DNA from: Syntrophales bacterium
GTDB taxonomy: Bacteria; Desulfobacterota; Syntrophia; Syntrophales; UBA6109
Direction of reading: 5' to 3'
Length of the DNA: 64,000 bases
NCBI GenBank assembly: GCA_035366835.1
Contig: DAOSIS010000008.1
Coordinates: 38,283 to 102,282 of the forward strand
Each line of letters starts with the position of its first letter. Position 1 is the first letter of the stretch. The notes under the pieces were generated by a model. It saw nothing but the letters and a program-made list of their open reading frames with translations, did no database searches and was not told where the DNA came from. Made by a program: the position numbers and the translations under genes. Below, in pieces: positions 1 to 9,104 of this stretch.

Positions 1-2
1 CC

Positions 3-32
3 GGATACGACGCACAAGGAGTTGCCGAATGA
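3..32 (+). CDS. 3' end of an unidentified upstream CDS (partial). Its position suggests a rod gene, but 9 residues cannot confirm that.
   Basis: Frame 3 is open from the window edge (..GYDAQGVAE) and stops at TGA 30-32, overlapping the fliE ATG (ATGA coupling). Confidence 0.25.
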   Translation, partial: GYDAQGVAE

Positions 33-331
33 ACGACATGCTTGTACGAGGCGGACCCTCCCCTATTTCCGCAGGGGAAATTTCCGGGCCGGGGACCCGT
101 CGGGAAATTTCGACACCCTTCGGCACGGTGCTCAAAGGGATGATCGGCGAGATCAATTCGCTGCAGCACCAGGCCGATCAGGCCATCGCCAAGGTCCAGC
201 TGGGGAATACCGGCAGTATCCACGAGGCAATGATCGCGCTCGAAAAGGCGGACATTTCCTTCCGGACGATGATGCAGGTCCGCAACAAGATCCTGGAGGC
301 CTACCAGGAGATCATGCGGATGCAGGTGTAG
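29..331 (+). CDS. fliE: Flagellar hook-basal body complex protein FliE
   Basis: 100-aa ORF with a FliE-type C-terminus (SIHEAMIALEKADISFRTMMQVRNKILEAYQEIMRMQV). AAGGAG RBS at 16-21. It heads a fliE-F-G-H-I-J run. Confidence 0.9.
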   Translation: MNDMLVRGGPSPISAGEISGPGTRREISTPFGTVLKGMIGEINSLQHQADQAIAKVQLGNTGSIHEAMIALEKADISFRTMMQVRNKILEAYQEIMRMQV

Positions 332-431
332 CGGTTTCCGGGGTGCAGGCGGCGAGGCGCCCTTCGCTCCGGCGCCGCCTGTCGGGAGGCAGCATCTTTC
401 ATAACGACCGTTTTTCGGGAGTATCCGATTC

Positions 432-1991
432 ATGAATCCCTTCGCGCAATTTTTCGACAGACTCCGCAAAGGCTTTGAAACGCTGACTCCTGTCAGAAAG
501 ATGACGATGGCGATGGCGGCGTTTCTGACCCTGGCGGGAATCGCCGCCCTGGTGTTCCTCGCCAATTCGATCGAATACCGGGTGCTCTTTTCGAATCTCT
601 CCAGCGAAGACGCGGGGCTCATCGTCAGCCGGCTGCAGGAGAAGAAGATCCCCTACAAGCTCTCTGCGGGAGGCGACACGGTCTCCGTACCCGACGAGAA
701 GGTCTCGGAATTGAGGCTGGAAATGGCCGCCTCCGGCCTGCCCAAGGGGGGCGGGGTCGGGTTCGAGATCTTCGACGTCAAGACGCTCGGCTCCACCGAA
801 TTCGAACAGCAGCTGAACTACCGGCGGGCGCTCCAGGGGGAGCTCTCCCGGACGATCAACGGTCTCGATGAAATCCAGCAGTGCCGCGTGCACATCGCCC
901 TGCCGAAAGACTCCCTCTTCATCAGCGAACAGAAGAAGCCCACCGCCTCGGTGACGCTCAAACTCAAATCGGGGAAAAGCCTTCGCCCCGCGCAGATCGA
1001 AGGGATCGCCCATCTGGTCGCGAGCAGCGTGGAAGGCCTCACGCCCGACAACGTCATGATCGTCGACAGCCGCGGGGCCATCCTGTCCCGGAACAACGCC
1101 GACACGAAGCTGTCGAAGCTTTCGAACTCCCAGGTCGAATATCAGCGGAACGTGGAGAAGGATCTGGCGAATCAGATCCAGTCCATGCTGGAAAACGTCG
1201 TGGGCCAGGGCAAGGCCGTCGTGCGCGTCGCGGCCGATTTCAACTTCCAGGTGACGGAAAAGACCGAGGAAACATTCGATGCCGAGGCGCCGGCCGTCAG
1301 GAGCGTCCGGCGTCAATCCGAAAAGACGACGCCCCCGGCTCCCGGCGAAAAGGCGAAATCGACCGACGCCGCCGGTGCGGGCGAGCACGAGAAGCTGGAC
1401 GAAGTCATCAACTACGAACTCAACCGGATCGTCAACAAGACGGTGATGCCCGTCGGCGAGATCCGGAAGATTTCCATCGCCGTCCTGGTCGATGGGACCT
1501 ACACGAAGAACGAAAAGGGCGTGGAGGTCTACAAACCCCGGGACAAGAAGGAGATGGACGGCCTGGAAGAACTCGTCCGCAAGTCGGCCGGTTTCAATGC
1601 GGCCCGCGGGGACCAGGTCGCCATTTCGAACATCGCCTTCAAGAAGGACGACGATCAGGAACCGGCCGGGCAGTCCTGGACCGGCTGGGTAACGGGATTC
1701 ACACCGGTGATCAAGTACGCGACCATCCTGGCCGTTGCGGCGCTCCTCCTGTTCTTTGTCATCCGGCCGCTGGTGAGGCTGCTCCTGACGCGGGAACCCT
1801 ATCCGGCCCAGCTCGGTGCGGCCCAGCTCGGCGGGGCCGGCGATGCGGCCGAGCGGCTGCCCGGCGGCAGCGCGCCCCTCGCCCTGGAATCGATCGATGA
1901 CAAGACGCTGACGGAGACCGACCTGGCCAGGCAACTGGCAAAGGCGGACGCGAAGAGATTCGCGGAACTTCTTCGTAATTGGCTCAAGTAG
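432..1991 (+). CDS. fliF: Flagellar MS-ring protein FliF
   Basis: 519 aa. N-terminal TM (MAMAAFLTLAGIAALVFL), YscJ/FliF ring core (CRVHIALPKDSLF..ASVTLKL), second TM near the C-terminus and a charged tail. Confidence 0.95.
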   Translation: MNPFAQFFDRLRKGFETLTPVRKMTMAMAAFLTLAGIAALVFLANSIEYRVLFSNLSSEDAGLIVSRLQEKKIPYKLSAGGDTVSVPDEKVSELRLEMAASGLPKGGGVGFEIFDVKTLGSTEFEQQLNYRRALQGELSRTINGLDEIQQCRVHIALPKDSLFISEQKKPTASVTLKLKSGKSLRPAQIEGIAHLVASSVEGLTPDNVMIVDSRGAILSRNNADTKLSKLSNSQVEYQRNVEKDLANQIQSMLENVVGQGKAVVRVAADFNFQVTEKTEETFDAEAPAVRSVRRQSEKTTPPAPGEKAKSTDAAGAGEHEKLDEVINYELNRIVNKTVMPVGEIRKISIAVLVDGTYTKNEKGVEVYKPRDKKEMDGLEELVRKSAGFNAARGDQVAISNIAFKKDDDQEPAGQSWTGWVTGFTPVIKYATILAVAALLLFFVIRPLVRLLLTREPYPAQLGAAQLGGAGDAAERLPGGSAPLALESIDDKTLTETDLARQLAKADAKRFAELLRNWLK

Positions 1992-2027
1992 GAACGAATC
2001 CGGCGGTTACGGAACGGGAGCAGGAAC

Positions 2028-3023
2028 ATGACACCGGAAGAAAAAGCGGCCATCTTGCTGCTGTCCCTCGAAGAGGACGTCGCGGCGCAGGTCATGAAGA
2101 ATCTCAGGCCGGGCGAGATCCGAAGGGTGGGAAAGTACATGAGCCGGATCACGAACATCCCGGGCGAGACCCTGAGTTCCGTCGCCAAGGAATTCTGCAG
2201 CCTCGCCAGGGAAAAGGGCGGTACGATCTCGGTTTCCGGAGACGCCCCGAAGAACATCGTGATCAAGGCGCTGGGCGAAAAAGAGGCCCAGGCCATCCTG
2301 ACGGACGTGGAGGCGGGCTGCTATCAGGACAATCCGATCATCGACAAGCTGCGCGACGTGGATCCGAAGATCCTCATGGATTTTACCCGTTCGGAGCATC
2401 CGCAGACCATTGCGCTGATTCTCGCGCACCTTCGCGCGGAGCAGGCGGCGGAAGTTCTGGACAGCTTTTCTCCCGAGATGCAGTTCGAGATCTGCAAGCG
2501 CATGGCGACGCTCAAGAGCGTTCCCCATGAATTCATCGAGGACCTGGCCAGGACCCTCGAGAAGGAGATCGTGGTCGGCCGGACCTCGGACCAGCCGCTG
2601 GGCGGCGCGGAAATCATCGCCGAAATCCTCAACCGCATGAACCGGTCCTCCGAGGGGGCGATCATGGCTTCGCTGGAGGACAGCAACCCGGAGCTCGCCT
2701 CGCAGATCCGCAATTTCATGTTCACCTTCGAGGACGTGCTCAGGCTCGACGATCGGAGCCTCCAGGAACTGCTCAGGGAAATCACGACGGAAGACCTTTC
2801 CCGCGCACTGAAGGTCGTCGACGAATCGATGCGCGAAAAGGTCTATCGGAACATGTCCAAACGCGGGGCCGAGATGCTCAAGGAAGACATCGAAATGATG
2901 CCTCCCATCCGCCTGTCCGACGTCGAGAAGTCCCAGCGGACCATCGTGGAGGCGACCAAGAAACTCGAGGCCGAGGGAAGGATCGTCCTCGCCCGGGGCG
3001 GTACGGAAGATGAATTCGTCTAA
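2028..3023 (+). CDS. fliG: Flagellar motor switch protein FliG
   Basis: 331 aa with typical FliG motifs (EHPQTIALILAHL, FMFTFEDV, MPPIRLSDVEKSQRTIVEATKKLEAEGRIVL). Confidence 0.95.
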   Translation: MTPEEKAAILLLSLEEDVAAQVMKNLRPGEIRRVGKYMSRITNIPGETLSSVAKEFCSLAREKGGTISVSGDAPKNIVIKALGEKEAQAILTDVEAGCYQDNPIIDKLRDVDPKILMDFTRSEHPQTIALILAHLRAEQAAEVLDSFSPEMQFEICKRMATLKSVPHEFIEDLARTLEKEIVVGRTSDQPLGGAEIIAEILNRMNRSSEGAIMASLEDSNPELASQIRNFMFTFEDVLRLDDRSLQELLREITTEDLSRALKVVDESMREKVYRNMSKRGAEMLKEDIEMMPPIRLSDVEKSQRTIVEATKKLEAEGRIVLARGGTEDEFV

Positions 3024-3678
3024 GAGGGTCATCAAGGCGACCGACGTCAAGATCGTGAACCGGACCGTTGCCGGGCCGCGCCGTTTCGTGGAGATGCGCT
3101 ACGGGCGGAAGGCGCCGCCGCAGGAAACGGCGCCCCGGCCTCCGTCCGAACTGGAAAGGGCGCTGGCCGTTGCCGAGGAAAGGGTGCGGCAGGTCGAGAA
3201 GGCGTCGTACGAGCGGGGATTTCAGGCCGGCGTCGAACGCCAGAGGCGGGAAATGGCGCCCGCCGCGGAGAGCCTCTCGCGGCTGATCCAGGAGATCGGC
3301 TGGCTGAAGCAGCGGATCTTCGCGAGCACCGAACGGGAGATGATCCGCCTGGTCCTGCCCGTCGCGGAGAAGGTGATCCACCGGGAGGCGTCGGTGCACG
3401 TGGACGTCGTCCTGCACGTCCTGCGCGATGCCGTCCGCAACATCGTCGATCGGGAGGGGATGAAGATCCGTCTGAATCCCCGCGACTTTCACCACATCAT
3501 GGAGGTGAAGCACGAGTTTCTCCAGAGCATCGACGGCGTGAAGAACGTCATTTTCGAGGAAGACGCCGCGATCCGGCCCGGCGGGGCGGTGATCGAAACG
3601 TCATTCGGCGAAGTGGACGCAAGGCTGGAGCAGCAGGTGGGCGAGATTCGAATCGCGATGGAGGGGAAGCTGGAGTAG
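3010..3678 (+). CDS. fliH: Flagellar export ATPase regulator FliH
   Basis: 222 aa, overlaps fliG by 14 nt. Charged coiled-coil N-half and FliH/YscL-like C-half (IRLNPRDF.., GGAVIETSFGEVDARLEQQ). Position between fliG and fliI. Confidence 0.85.
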   Translation: MNSSKRVIKATDVKIVNRTVAGPRRFVEMRYGRKAPPQETAPRPPSELERALAVAEERVRQVEKASYERGFQAGVERQRREMAPAAESLSRLIQEIGWLKQRIFASTEREMIRLVLPVAEKVIHREASVHVDVVLHVLRDAVRNIVDREGMKIRLNPRDFHHIMEVKHEFLQSIDGVKNVIFEEDAAIRPGGAVIETSFGEVDARLEQQVGEIRIAMEGKLE

Positions 3679-5015
3679 TGGGGCAGGCCGCGGAAGCTTT
3701 CAAGATCGACACGGCAAAGTATTTCAGGGCCCTGGAGTCGCTGAATCCGGTCCGGATCAACGGCAAGGTCAGCGAAATCATCGGCCTGGTCGTCGAAGGC
3801 CACGGACCCGCTGCGTCCATCGGGGAGGTCTGCGGGATCTACCCGGGCGGCGACGGCGTTCCGCTGAGCGCGGAGGTGGTCGGTTTCCGGAAGGGCAAGG
3901 TTCTGCTGATGCCCCTGGAGAGCATCCAGGGGCTGGGACCGGGCTGCAAGATCATGTCATTCGGGAAGAAGGCCAGCGCCGGCGTGGGGAAGGCGCTCCT
4001 GGGAAGGGTGATCAACGGGCTGGGAACCCCCATCGACAACCGCGGTCCGATCGAGTGCGACAGCGAATACCCGATCTATGCGGAGCCGATCAACCCCATG
4101 AAACGGGGACGGATCCGGGAGCCCATGGACCTGGGAATCCGCGCGATCAACGGCCTCATGACCTGCGGCAAGGGACAGCGCATGGGGATCTTTTCCGGCT
4201 CGGGCGTCGGCAAGAGCGTTCTCATGGGCATGATCGCCAGGAACACGAAAGCCGACGTCAACGTCATCGGCATGATCGGAGAGCGCGGCAGGGAAGTCCG
4301 CGAATTCCTGGAGAAGAATCTCGGGGAAGAGGGACTCCGGCGCTCCGTCGTCATCGTAGCGGCCTCGGACATGCACCCCCTGATCCGGATGCGCGCCGCC
4401 TACGTCGCCACCTCCGTCTCCGAGTACTTCCGGGACCAGGGAAAGGACGTCCTCCTGATGATCGATTCCCTCACCCGCTTCGCGATGGCGCAGAGGGAGA
4501 TCGGCCTGTCCGTGGGGGAGCCGCCCACGACCAAGGGCTACACGCCGTCCGTATTCAGCCTGCTGCCGAAGCTCCTCGAACGCGCGGGAAGCGTGGAAGG
4601 CAGCGGGAGCATCACGGGGCTTTACACGATCCTGGTGGAAGGGGACGATTTCAACGAGCCGGTTTCCGATGCGGCGAGGTCCATCCTGGACGGACATATT
4701 TCCCTTTCGCGCGCTCTGGCGAACAAGAATCATTACCCGGCCATCGACGTCCTGGAGAGCATCAGCCGGGTCATGATCGACATCGTCGACGACGACCACA
4801 AGAAGATGGCCAACCGGCTCCTCAACATCGTGGCGACCTACAGGAAGGCCGAGGACCTCATCAACATCGGCGCCTATGTCAAGGGAAGCAACAGGGAGAT
4901 CGACTACGCCATCCGGATGGTCGAACGCGTGAACGGTTTCCTCAGGCAGGGCATCGAAGAGCGGATTGATTTTGCACAGACCTGCCGGGAATTGCGGGCC
5001 GTCTTCGAGGAATGA
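3678..5015 (+). CDS. fliI: Flagellum-specific ATPase FliI
   Basis: 445 aa. Walker A GSGVGKSVL and Walker B DVLLMIDSLTRFA. T3SS/F1-type ATPase pattern. GTG start overlaps the fliH stop by 1 nt. Confidence 0.95.
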   Translation: MGQAAEAFKIDTAKYFRALESLNPVRINGKVSEIIGLVVEGHGPAASIGEVCGIYPGGDGVPLSAEVVGFRKGKVLLMPLESIQGLGPGCKIMSFGKKASAGVGKALLGRVINGLGTPIDNRGPIECDSEYPIYAEPINPMKRGRIREPMDLGIRAINGLMTCGKGQRMGIFSGSGVGKSVLMGMIARNTKADVNVIGMIGERGREVREFLEKNLGEEGLRRSVVIVAASDMHPLIRMRAAYVATSVSEYFRDQGKDVLLMIDSLTRFAMAQREIGLSVGEPPTTKGYTPSVFSLLPKLLERAGSVEGSGSITGLYTILVEGDDFNEPVSDAARSILDGHISLSRALANKNHYPAIDVLESISRVMIDIVDDDHKKMANRLLNIVATYRKAEDLINIGAYVKGSNREIDYAIRMVERVNGFLRQGIEERIDFAQTCRELRAVFEE

Positions 5016-5461
5016 AGGAGATGTTCGTTTTCAAACTGCAGTCGGTCCTCGATTGCCGCAAGGCGTCCGAGGAAAACAAGCTCTTTCTGTTCTCGGAGAA
5101 GACGAGGGAACTGGCCGCCGAGAAGGAGACCCTGGACCGGCTGCGGGCGGAGCGGTTCCGGCTCGCGGAACAGCTGCGTCAGACCACCGGCAGGGTGCTG
5201 GATGCCGATATGCTGTCGCTGCAGGTGCTGTCGATCAAGCAGCTGCTGGATCTTGAGAAAAAACAAAGGGAACACATCCGCCGCGTCGCGCAGGAACTGG
5301 AGAACAGGAAGGAAGAGCTTCTGGAGGCGATGAAACAGCGCAAGACCATGGAAACGCTCCGGGACAGGAAGCTTTCCGAGTTCCGGGAGAACCTCGCGAG
5401 CCTCGACCGCAGGCAGGCCGATGAGACCTCGATCGCCCGGTTCATCAGGAGAGAATTATGA
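5012..5461 (+). CDS. fliJ: Flagellar export chaperone/stalk protein FliJ
   Basis: 149-aa all-coiled-coil ORF, ATGA-coupled to fliI, in the canonical post-fliI position. Confidence 0.75.
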   Translation: MKEMFVFKLQSVLDCRKASEENKLFLFSEKTRELAAEKETLDRLRAERFRLAEQLRQTTGRVLDADMLSLQVLSIKQLLDLEKKQREHIRRVAQELENRKEELLEAMKQRKTMETLRDRKLSEFRENLASLDRRQADETSIARFIRREL

Positions 5462-6075
5462 AGAAGGGACGAATGGTCCTGATCCACGTTCTCGTGATCG
5501 CCGTGCTGCTGGTGAAGATGGCCGCCGTCGGCGAGATGTTCAAACTGTCCCGGCCGGGCGCCTGGATGCCCTGGGGCGTCGGGTCGGCCCTTGCCGATTC
5601 GCCGGTGAAAGCCGCCGCTCCGACCGTTGCCGCGCCGGCGCCGAAGGACGCGTTCGACGATCATCTGAAAAAGGAGCGGGACCTGTACACGCTCCTGGAG
5701 CAGCGCAAGAAGGAGCTCGATGCGCGGGAAGCGGCCTTGAAGGCCGAAGAGCAGAGGCTGGCCGCACTGAAGAAAGAAATCGTCGAGAAGATCGATTCCC
5801 TCAAGACCCTGGAGCAGAAGCTCAGCGTGACCGCCGAGGCCCAGAAGACGGAAGAGAACAAGCGTTTCAAGGAACTGGCCAAGGTGTTCGAGGCGACCCC
5901 GCCGGCCAAGGTGGGGCCCATGCTGGAGAAGCTGGACCTGAAGACGGCCGCCGGCATCACGATGAATATGAAACGGGACAAGGCCGGCCTGATCTGGGGA
6001 TACCTGAGCCCGCAGCGGGCCGTCGAGATCACCAGGGAAATCACGCGGGCCCCTCTGTCGTCGTCCGAGCAATGA
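5458..6075 (+). CDS. MotE/YlxF-like flagellar protein (MgtE_N-like repeat)
   Basis: 205 aa. N-terminal hydrophobic segment, Lys/Glu coiled coil and a C-terminal MgtE_N-like pattern (PPAKVGPMLEKLDLKTAAGITMNM..YLSPQRAVEITREI). Same slot as ylxF in Bacillus fla/che. Confidence 0.6.
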   Translation: MKKGRMVLIHVLVIAVLLVKMAAVGEMFKLSRPGAWMPWGVGSALADSPVKAAAPTVAAPAPKDAFDDHLKKERDLYTLLEQRKKELDAREAALKAEEQRLAALKKEIVEKIDSLKTLEQKLSVTAEAQKTEENKRFKELAKVFEATPPAKVGPMLEKLDLKTAAGITMNMKRDKAGLIWGYLSPQRAVEITREITRAPLSSSEQ

Positions 6076-6202
6076 GGTGCGAAGCTTCCCCGGCCTTGCG
6101 GCCGGAGAGGCTTCGGCCCTCCTCTTCCGCAGAAAGAATCCTGCCCTCCTTTCCCCGACGCCCGGCAATTTTTTCCCGCGGACAACCGCCCCTCGCCGAC
6201 CA

Positions 6203-6242
6203 AAGTTCATAACATATTGAAATTAATTAAATATTTTAATGA
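6203..6242. promoter_or_regulatory. AT-rich tract with an IHF-like site upstream of the fliK sigma54 promoter
   Basis: A stretch of about 40 bp that is nearly all A/T (aaagttcataacatattgaaattaattaaatattttaatga) in a GC-rich genome. The reverse strand at 6210-6222 reads TTTCAATATGTTA, resembling WATCAA-N4-TTR. Confidence 0.4.
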
Positions 6243-6251
6243 TCCTCTCCC

Positions 6252-6267
6252 TGGCATGTGTCTTGCT
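6252..6267 (+). promoter_or_regulatory. Sigma54 (-24/-12) promoter of fliK-flgD-flgE
   Basis: TGGCAT-GTGTC-TTGCT with GG-N10-GC spacing, 26 nt upstream of ATG 6293. Confidence 0.65.
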
Positions 6268-6292
6268 CCTGACCTGGCGAAAGGGTGAAACC

Positions 6293-8356
6293 ATGAAACA
6301 GTTGCCGGTGGACTTGACTCTCGTTCCTCAGACCCAGGGCGACAGGGCGCGTCCGGCCGCAGCGACCGGGGCGGCGGGAATCGCCGGTGAACCGACGGCG
6401 GAGCGCGGAAGCACCCCGCGGACCACGGCCGGTGTCTCTTCCCGGTCATCGTTCTCGCACAGGCTCCGGAAGGCGATGGAAAAGATGGACCGCCGTGAAC
6501 CGGCCCCGGAACGAGCCCCGGAACGGGCCAAAGAACAAGCCAAAGATGCGCAGAACTCTCCGGACGCCTTTTCCGGCCCGTTGCCGCGCCCCGTCGTTCC
6601 GGCAGCCGCCGTGAAGGCCGAAGCGGCGACCGGGTCTCTCGGCGCGATCCCCGCTCGGCCGGAAGGTCCGGCGGCCGCGGAAGGACAGGCGCGATGCGTA
6701 CCGGGTGGAGGAAAGGACGCCGAAGCGGTTCCTGAAAGGGGGCATTCCCCCATCGAAAGAGGCGGGCTGAAGGCATCCGGAGCCGGTTCGGTGACGTCTT
6801 CCGTTTCGGAGAAGGAAAGGTCCGCGGCGCTGCGGAGCCTCCCTCCGGACGGTCAGGCCCCCTGGCCTGCCGCTGTCCTTTCTTCACGAACAAACGGGAA
6901 TCCCTTGGAAAAGACAGGCGCTCCCGTGCCGCTCCCCTGCACCGCCGACGGGCAGGGGAAGGCGTCGGGCCCGGACGGGGCGCCCGGCGCGGAGACGCCG
7001 GCGGAATTCCGTACGCGCCTTTCCGCGTCTCTGGAGACGGGGACCAAGGCGGATGCCGACGGAGTCTTGGCGGCGGAAACCGTCCGGATCCGTGGTGCCG
7101 CACCGGCGGGGGCGGGCCGGAAGGAAATCCCGGCCGGCGGCCCGGCGGTTGAATCCGGCGGCGAGAGCATTCCCCGCGGCTTGCCGCGGGGTAAGCGAGC
7201 GAATGATGTTCAAGATCCCTTCCTTGGGGATCGAAGATCCTCCGGAGCTTGCTCCGGAGAGCTTCAAAGGGCTGGAAGCCTCGCGAAGAGCCCGGACGTT
7301 GTCCCGGAGATGAAGAACGTCAACGGCGCGCCGAAGACGGGGACTGCCGGCATCGTCTTCGCTGAAGCCCCGCAGGATCCCGGTGCGCCGGCTGCCGCGT
7401 GCGCGGCTCCGACGCGCGGGGCGGATGTCGAGCCGTCGAGAGCGGCGTACGACGGGCCCGCCCGGACCTCGAAGCCCCCGCAAGGCAGGGAGAACCCTTC
7501 CCGGGGGGCGGATCGGACCGCTGAAAGAGTCGCGGCAGGCGGGAATCCGCCGCAGGAAGTCGCGGCGCTTGTACGGCGGCTGGGCGGCGAGGGCGACCGC
7601 CGACCCTCCGACGCCGCGGCGGCGGGAGGGGTTTCGGACGGGAAGAATCGTGGGGCCGCCGCTGAGTCCCCCGTTCCGGGGACCGCGCGGAACGCGGCGC
7701 AGACCGGAGACCTGTGGACGGCCTTCGTGGAAGTGATCGACGAGAGCGTCCGGAAGGCCGAGGGTGCCGGTCCGGAGACGGGACGGCGGGCGACGGACAC
7801 CTTCGGAAAGCCGGCGGGCCACGCGGAAAACGGGACTGTCGCAGCCGGAGACGGACGGACGGTCGGTGTGCCGAACGCCTTCGTTCCACCTTCCGCGGCG
7901 GAGCCGCCGCCGCGTGCGGAGATCTCGACGGCCATGGCCCGGATCGCGGAAGAGGGCCGCAGGCTCATCGTTGATGAAGGCGGCGGCCGGGTTGTCATGT
8001 CGCTGGATCCGCCGGAACTGGGAAGCCTGGACATGGACGTCAAGGTACGGAATTCGTCGGTGCAGATCGTTCTTGCCGCCGAGGACCGAACGGTCCAGCA
8101 GCTGCTGCAGTCCCAGCGGGACGTCCTGGAAAGGGCGCTCGCGGAAGGCGGCCTTCGCGTGGAATCCTTCGATGTCGTTCTGTCTTCTTCGGCAGACGGA
8201 GGAAACTCCTCGTCCCACCGCTGGCAGGCGCGCCAGGAATCTCCGGCGGGGGGCGCGGCGCAGGCCGGCGTCGGGGAACCGGACCGCGAAGGAATCCCCT
8301 CCGCGCGCCTCATCGCGGATGAGGCCGTGGGAAACGGGATCAGTCTGTTCGTGTGA
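6293..8356 (+). CDS. fliK: Flagellar hook-length control protein FliK
   Basis: Pro/Ala/Gly-rich ruler region plus a C-terminal Flg_hook-type domain (GGRVVMSLDPPELGSLDMDVKVRNSSVQIVLAAEDRTVQQLLQSQRDVLERALAEGGLRVESFDVV). Start moved to ATG 6293 because the sigma54 promoter lies inside the longer ORF (6239). Confidence 0.85.
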   Translation: MKQLPVDLTLVPQTQGDRARPAAATGAAGIAGEPTAERGSTPRTTAGVSSRSSFSHRLRKAMEKMDRREPAPERAPERAKEQAKDAQNSPDAFSGPLPRPVVPAAAVKAEAATGSLGAIPARPEGPAAAEGQARCVPGGGKDAEAVPERGHSPIERGGLKASGAGSVTSSVSEKERSAALRSLPPDGQAPWPAAVLSSRTNGNPLEKTGAPVPLPCTADGQGKASGPDGAPGAETPAEFRTRLSASLETGTKADADGVLAAETVRIRGAAPAGAGRKEIPAGGPAVESGGESIPRGLPRGKRANDVQDPFLGDRRSSGACSGELQRAGSLAKSPDVVPEMKNVNGAPKTGTAGIVFAEAPQDPGAPAAACAAPTRGADVEPSRAAYDGPARTSKPPQGRENPSRGADRTAERVAAGGNPPQEVAALVRRLGGEGDRRPSDAAAAGGVSDGKNRGAAAESPVPGTARNAAQTGDLWTAFVEVIDESVRKAEGAGPETGRRATDTFGKPAGHAENGTVAAGDGRTVGVPNAFVPPSAAEPPPRAEISTAMARIAEEGRRLIVDEGGGRVVMSLDPPELGSLDMDVKVRNSSVQIVLAAEDRTVQQLLQSQRDVLERALAEGGLRVESFDVVLSSSADGGNSSSHRWQARQESPAGGAAQAGVGEPDREGIPSARLIADEAVGNGISLFV

Positions 8357-8384
8357 AAGGACCTACTTGTCGGGAGGTTGTACC

Positions 8385-9056
8385 ATGATGTCCGATGCAA
8401 GCATCAACGCCGTCGGTTCGTCCGCGACGAGTTCCGCCAGCAGTTCCAAGACAGCGACGAAGTCGCTCGGCAAAGACGATTTTCTCAAGATGCTTCTGGC
8501 GCAGCTCAAGAATCAGGATCCCCTGAAGCCGCTGGACGGGACGGAATTCGCCGTGCAGCTGGCGCAGTTTTCCAGCCTCGAGCAGCTCAACAACATGAAC
8601 AGCGAACTGAAGAATCTCGGGGTCTACCAGATGACCCAGGGCAACGCGCAGGCCGTGAGCCTCATCGGCAAAGAGATAACGGCCCTGCAGAGCGGCAGCT
8701 TCCGCGTCGAGGACACATCGGCGAATCTTTCCTACCGTCTTTCCCAGGATGCAAGGAGGGTGACGGTCAAGATCTACGACCTCACCGGGAAGCTGGCCGA
8801 TACGATCGAGTCGACCGACCAGAAGGCGGGTCTCCAGACGCTCCAGTGGAACGCGGGCCGCTTCGGCAAGGGCGACTATACCTACGAGGTGTCGGCCCTG
8901 GATGCGGCCGGCAACGCCGTGACCGCCGATACGATGATGACCGGCACGGTGACGGCGGTCCAGTTCAAGGACAAGACCGTCTACCTGACCGTGAACGGAC
9001 AGGAGATCGCCTTCAACAACGTGGTCTCCGTCAGGGGAACGACGGCATCGCCGTAG
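8385..9056 (+). CDS. flgD: Flagellar hook capping/assembly protein FlgD
   Basis: 223 aa with the FlgD N-motif LGKDDFLKMLLAQLKNQDPLKPLD and a C-terminal Ig-like region. GGGAGG RBS upstream. Confidence 0.9.
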   Translation: MMSDASINAVGSSATSSASSSKTATKSLGKDDFLKMLLAQLKNQDPLKPLDGTEFAVQLAQFSSLEQLNNMNSELKNLGVYQMTQGNAQAVSLIGKEITALQSGSFRVEDTSANLSYRLSQDARRVTVKIYDLTGKLADTIESTDQKAGLQTLQWNAGRFGKGDYTYEVSALDAAGNAVTADTMMTGTVTAVQFKDKTVYLTVNGQEIAFNNVVSVRGTTASP

Positions 9057-9104
9057 GCGGACGGGAACCTTCACAAAACGATATCGCAGGAGGAGGAAAG
9101 AACC

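Noticed and set aside
22-435. A 137-aa ORF overlapping fliE in another frame.
   Set aside because: Its composition is Arg/Gly/Pro-rich with no recognisable family. The fliE frame (29-331) carries the conserved FliE C-terminus and an AAGGAG RBS.
399-1934. Very long ORFs antisense to, or out of frame with, recognised genes. Examples: 399-1934(-), 2007-3050(-), 5179-6210(-), 17533-19035(-), 19036-21252(-), 19140-21287(+), 28050-30173(-), 31698-33050(-), 42254-43936(+), 46477-48609(+), 48582-50693(+), 57300-59387(+), 60400-61617(+).
   Set aside because: These are shadow ORFs typical of GC-rich DNA. Their translations are Arg/Pro/Gly/Asp-rich low-complexity strings with no family motifs. Each lies opposite or overlapping a gene with unmistakable conserved motifs.
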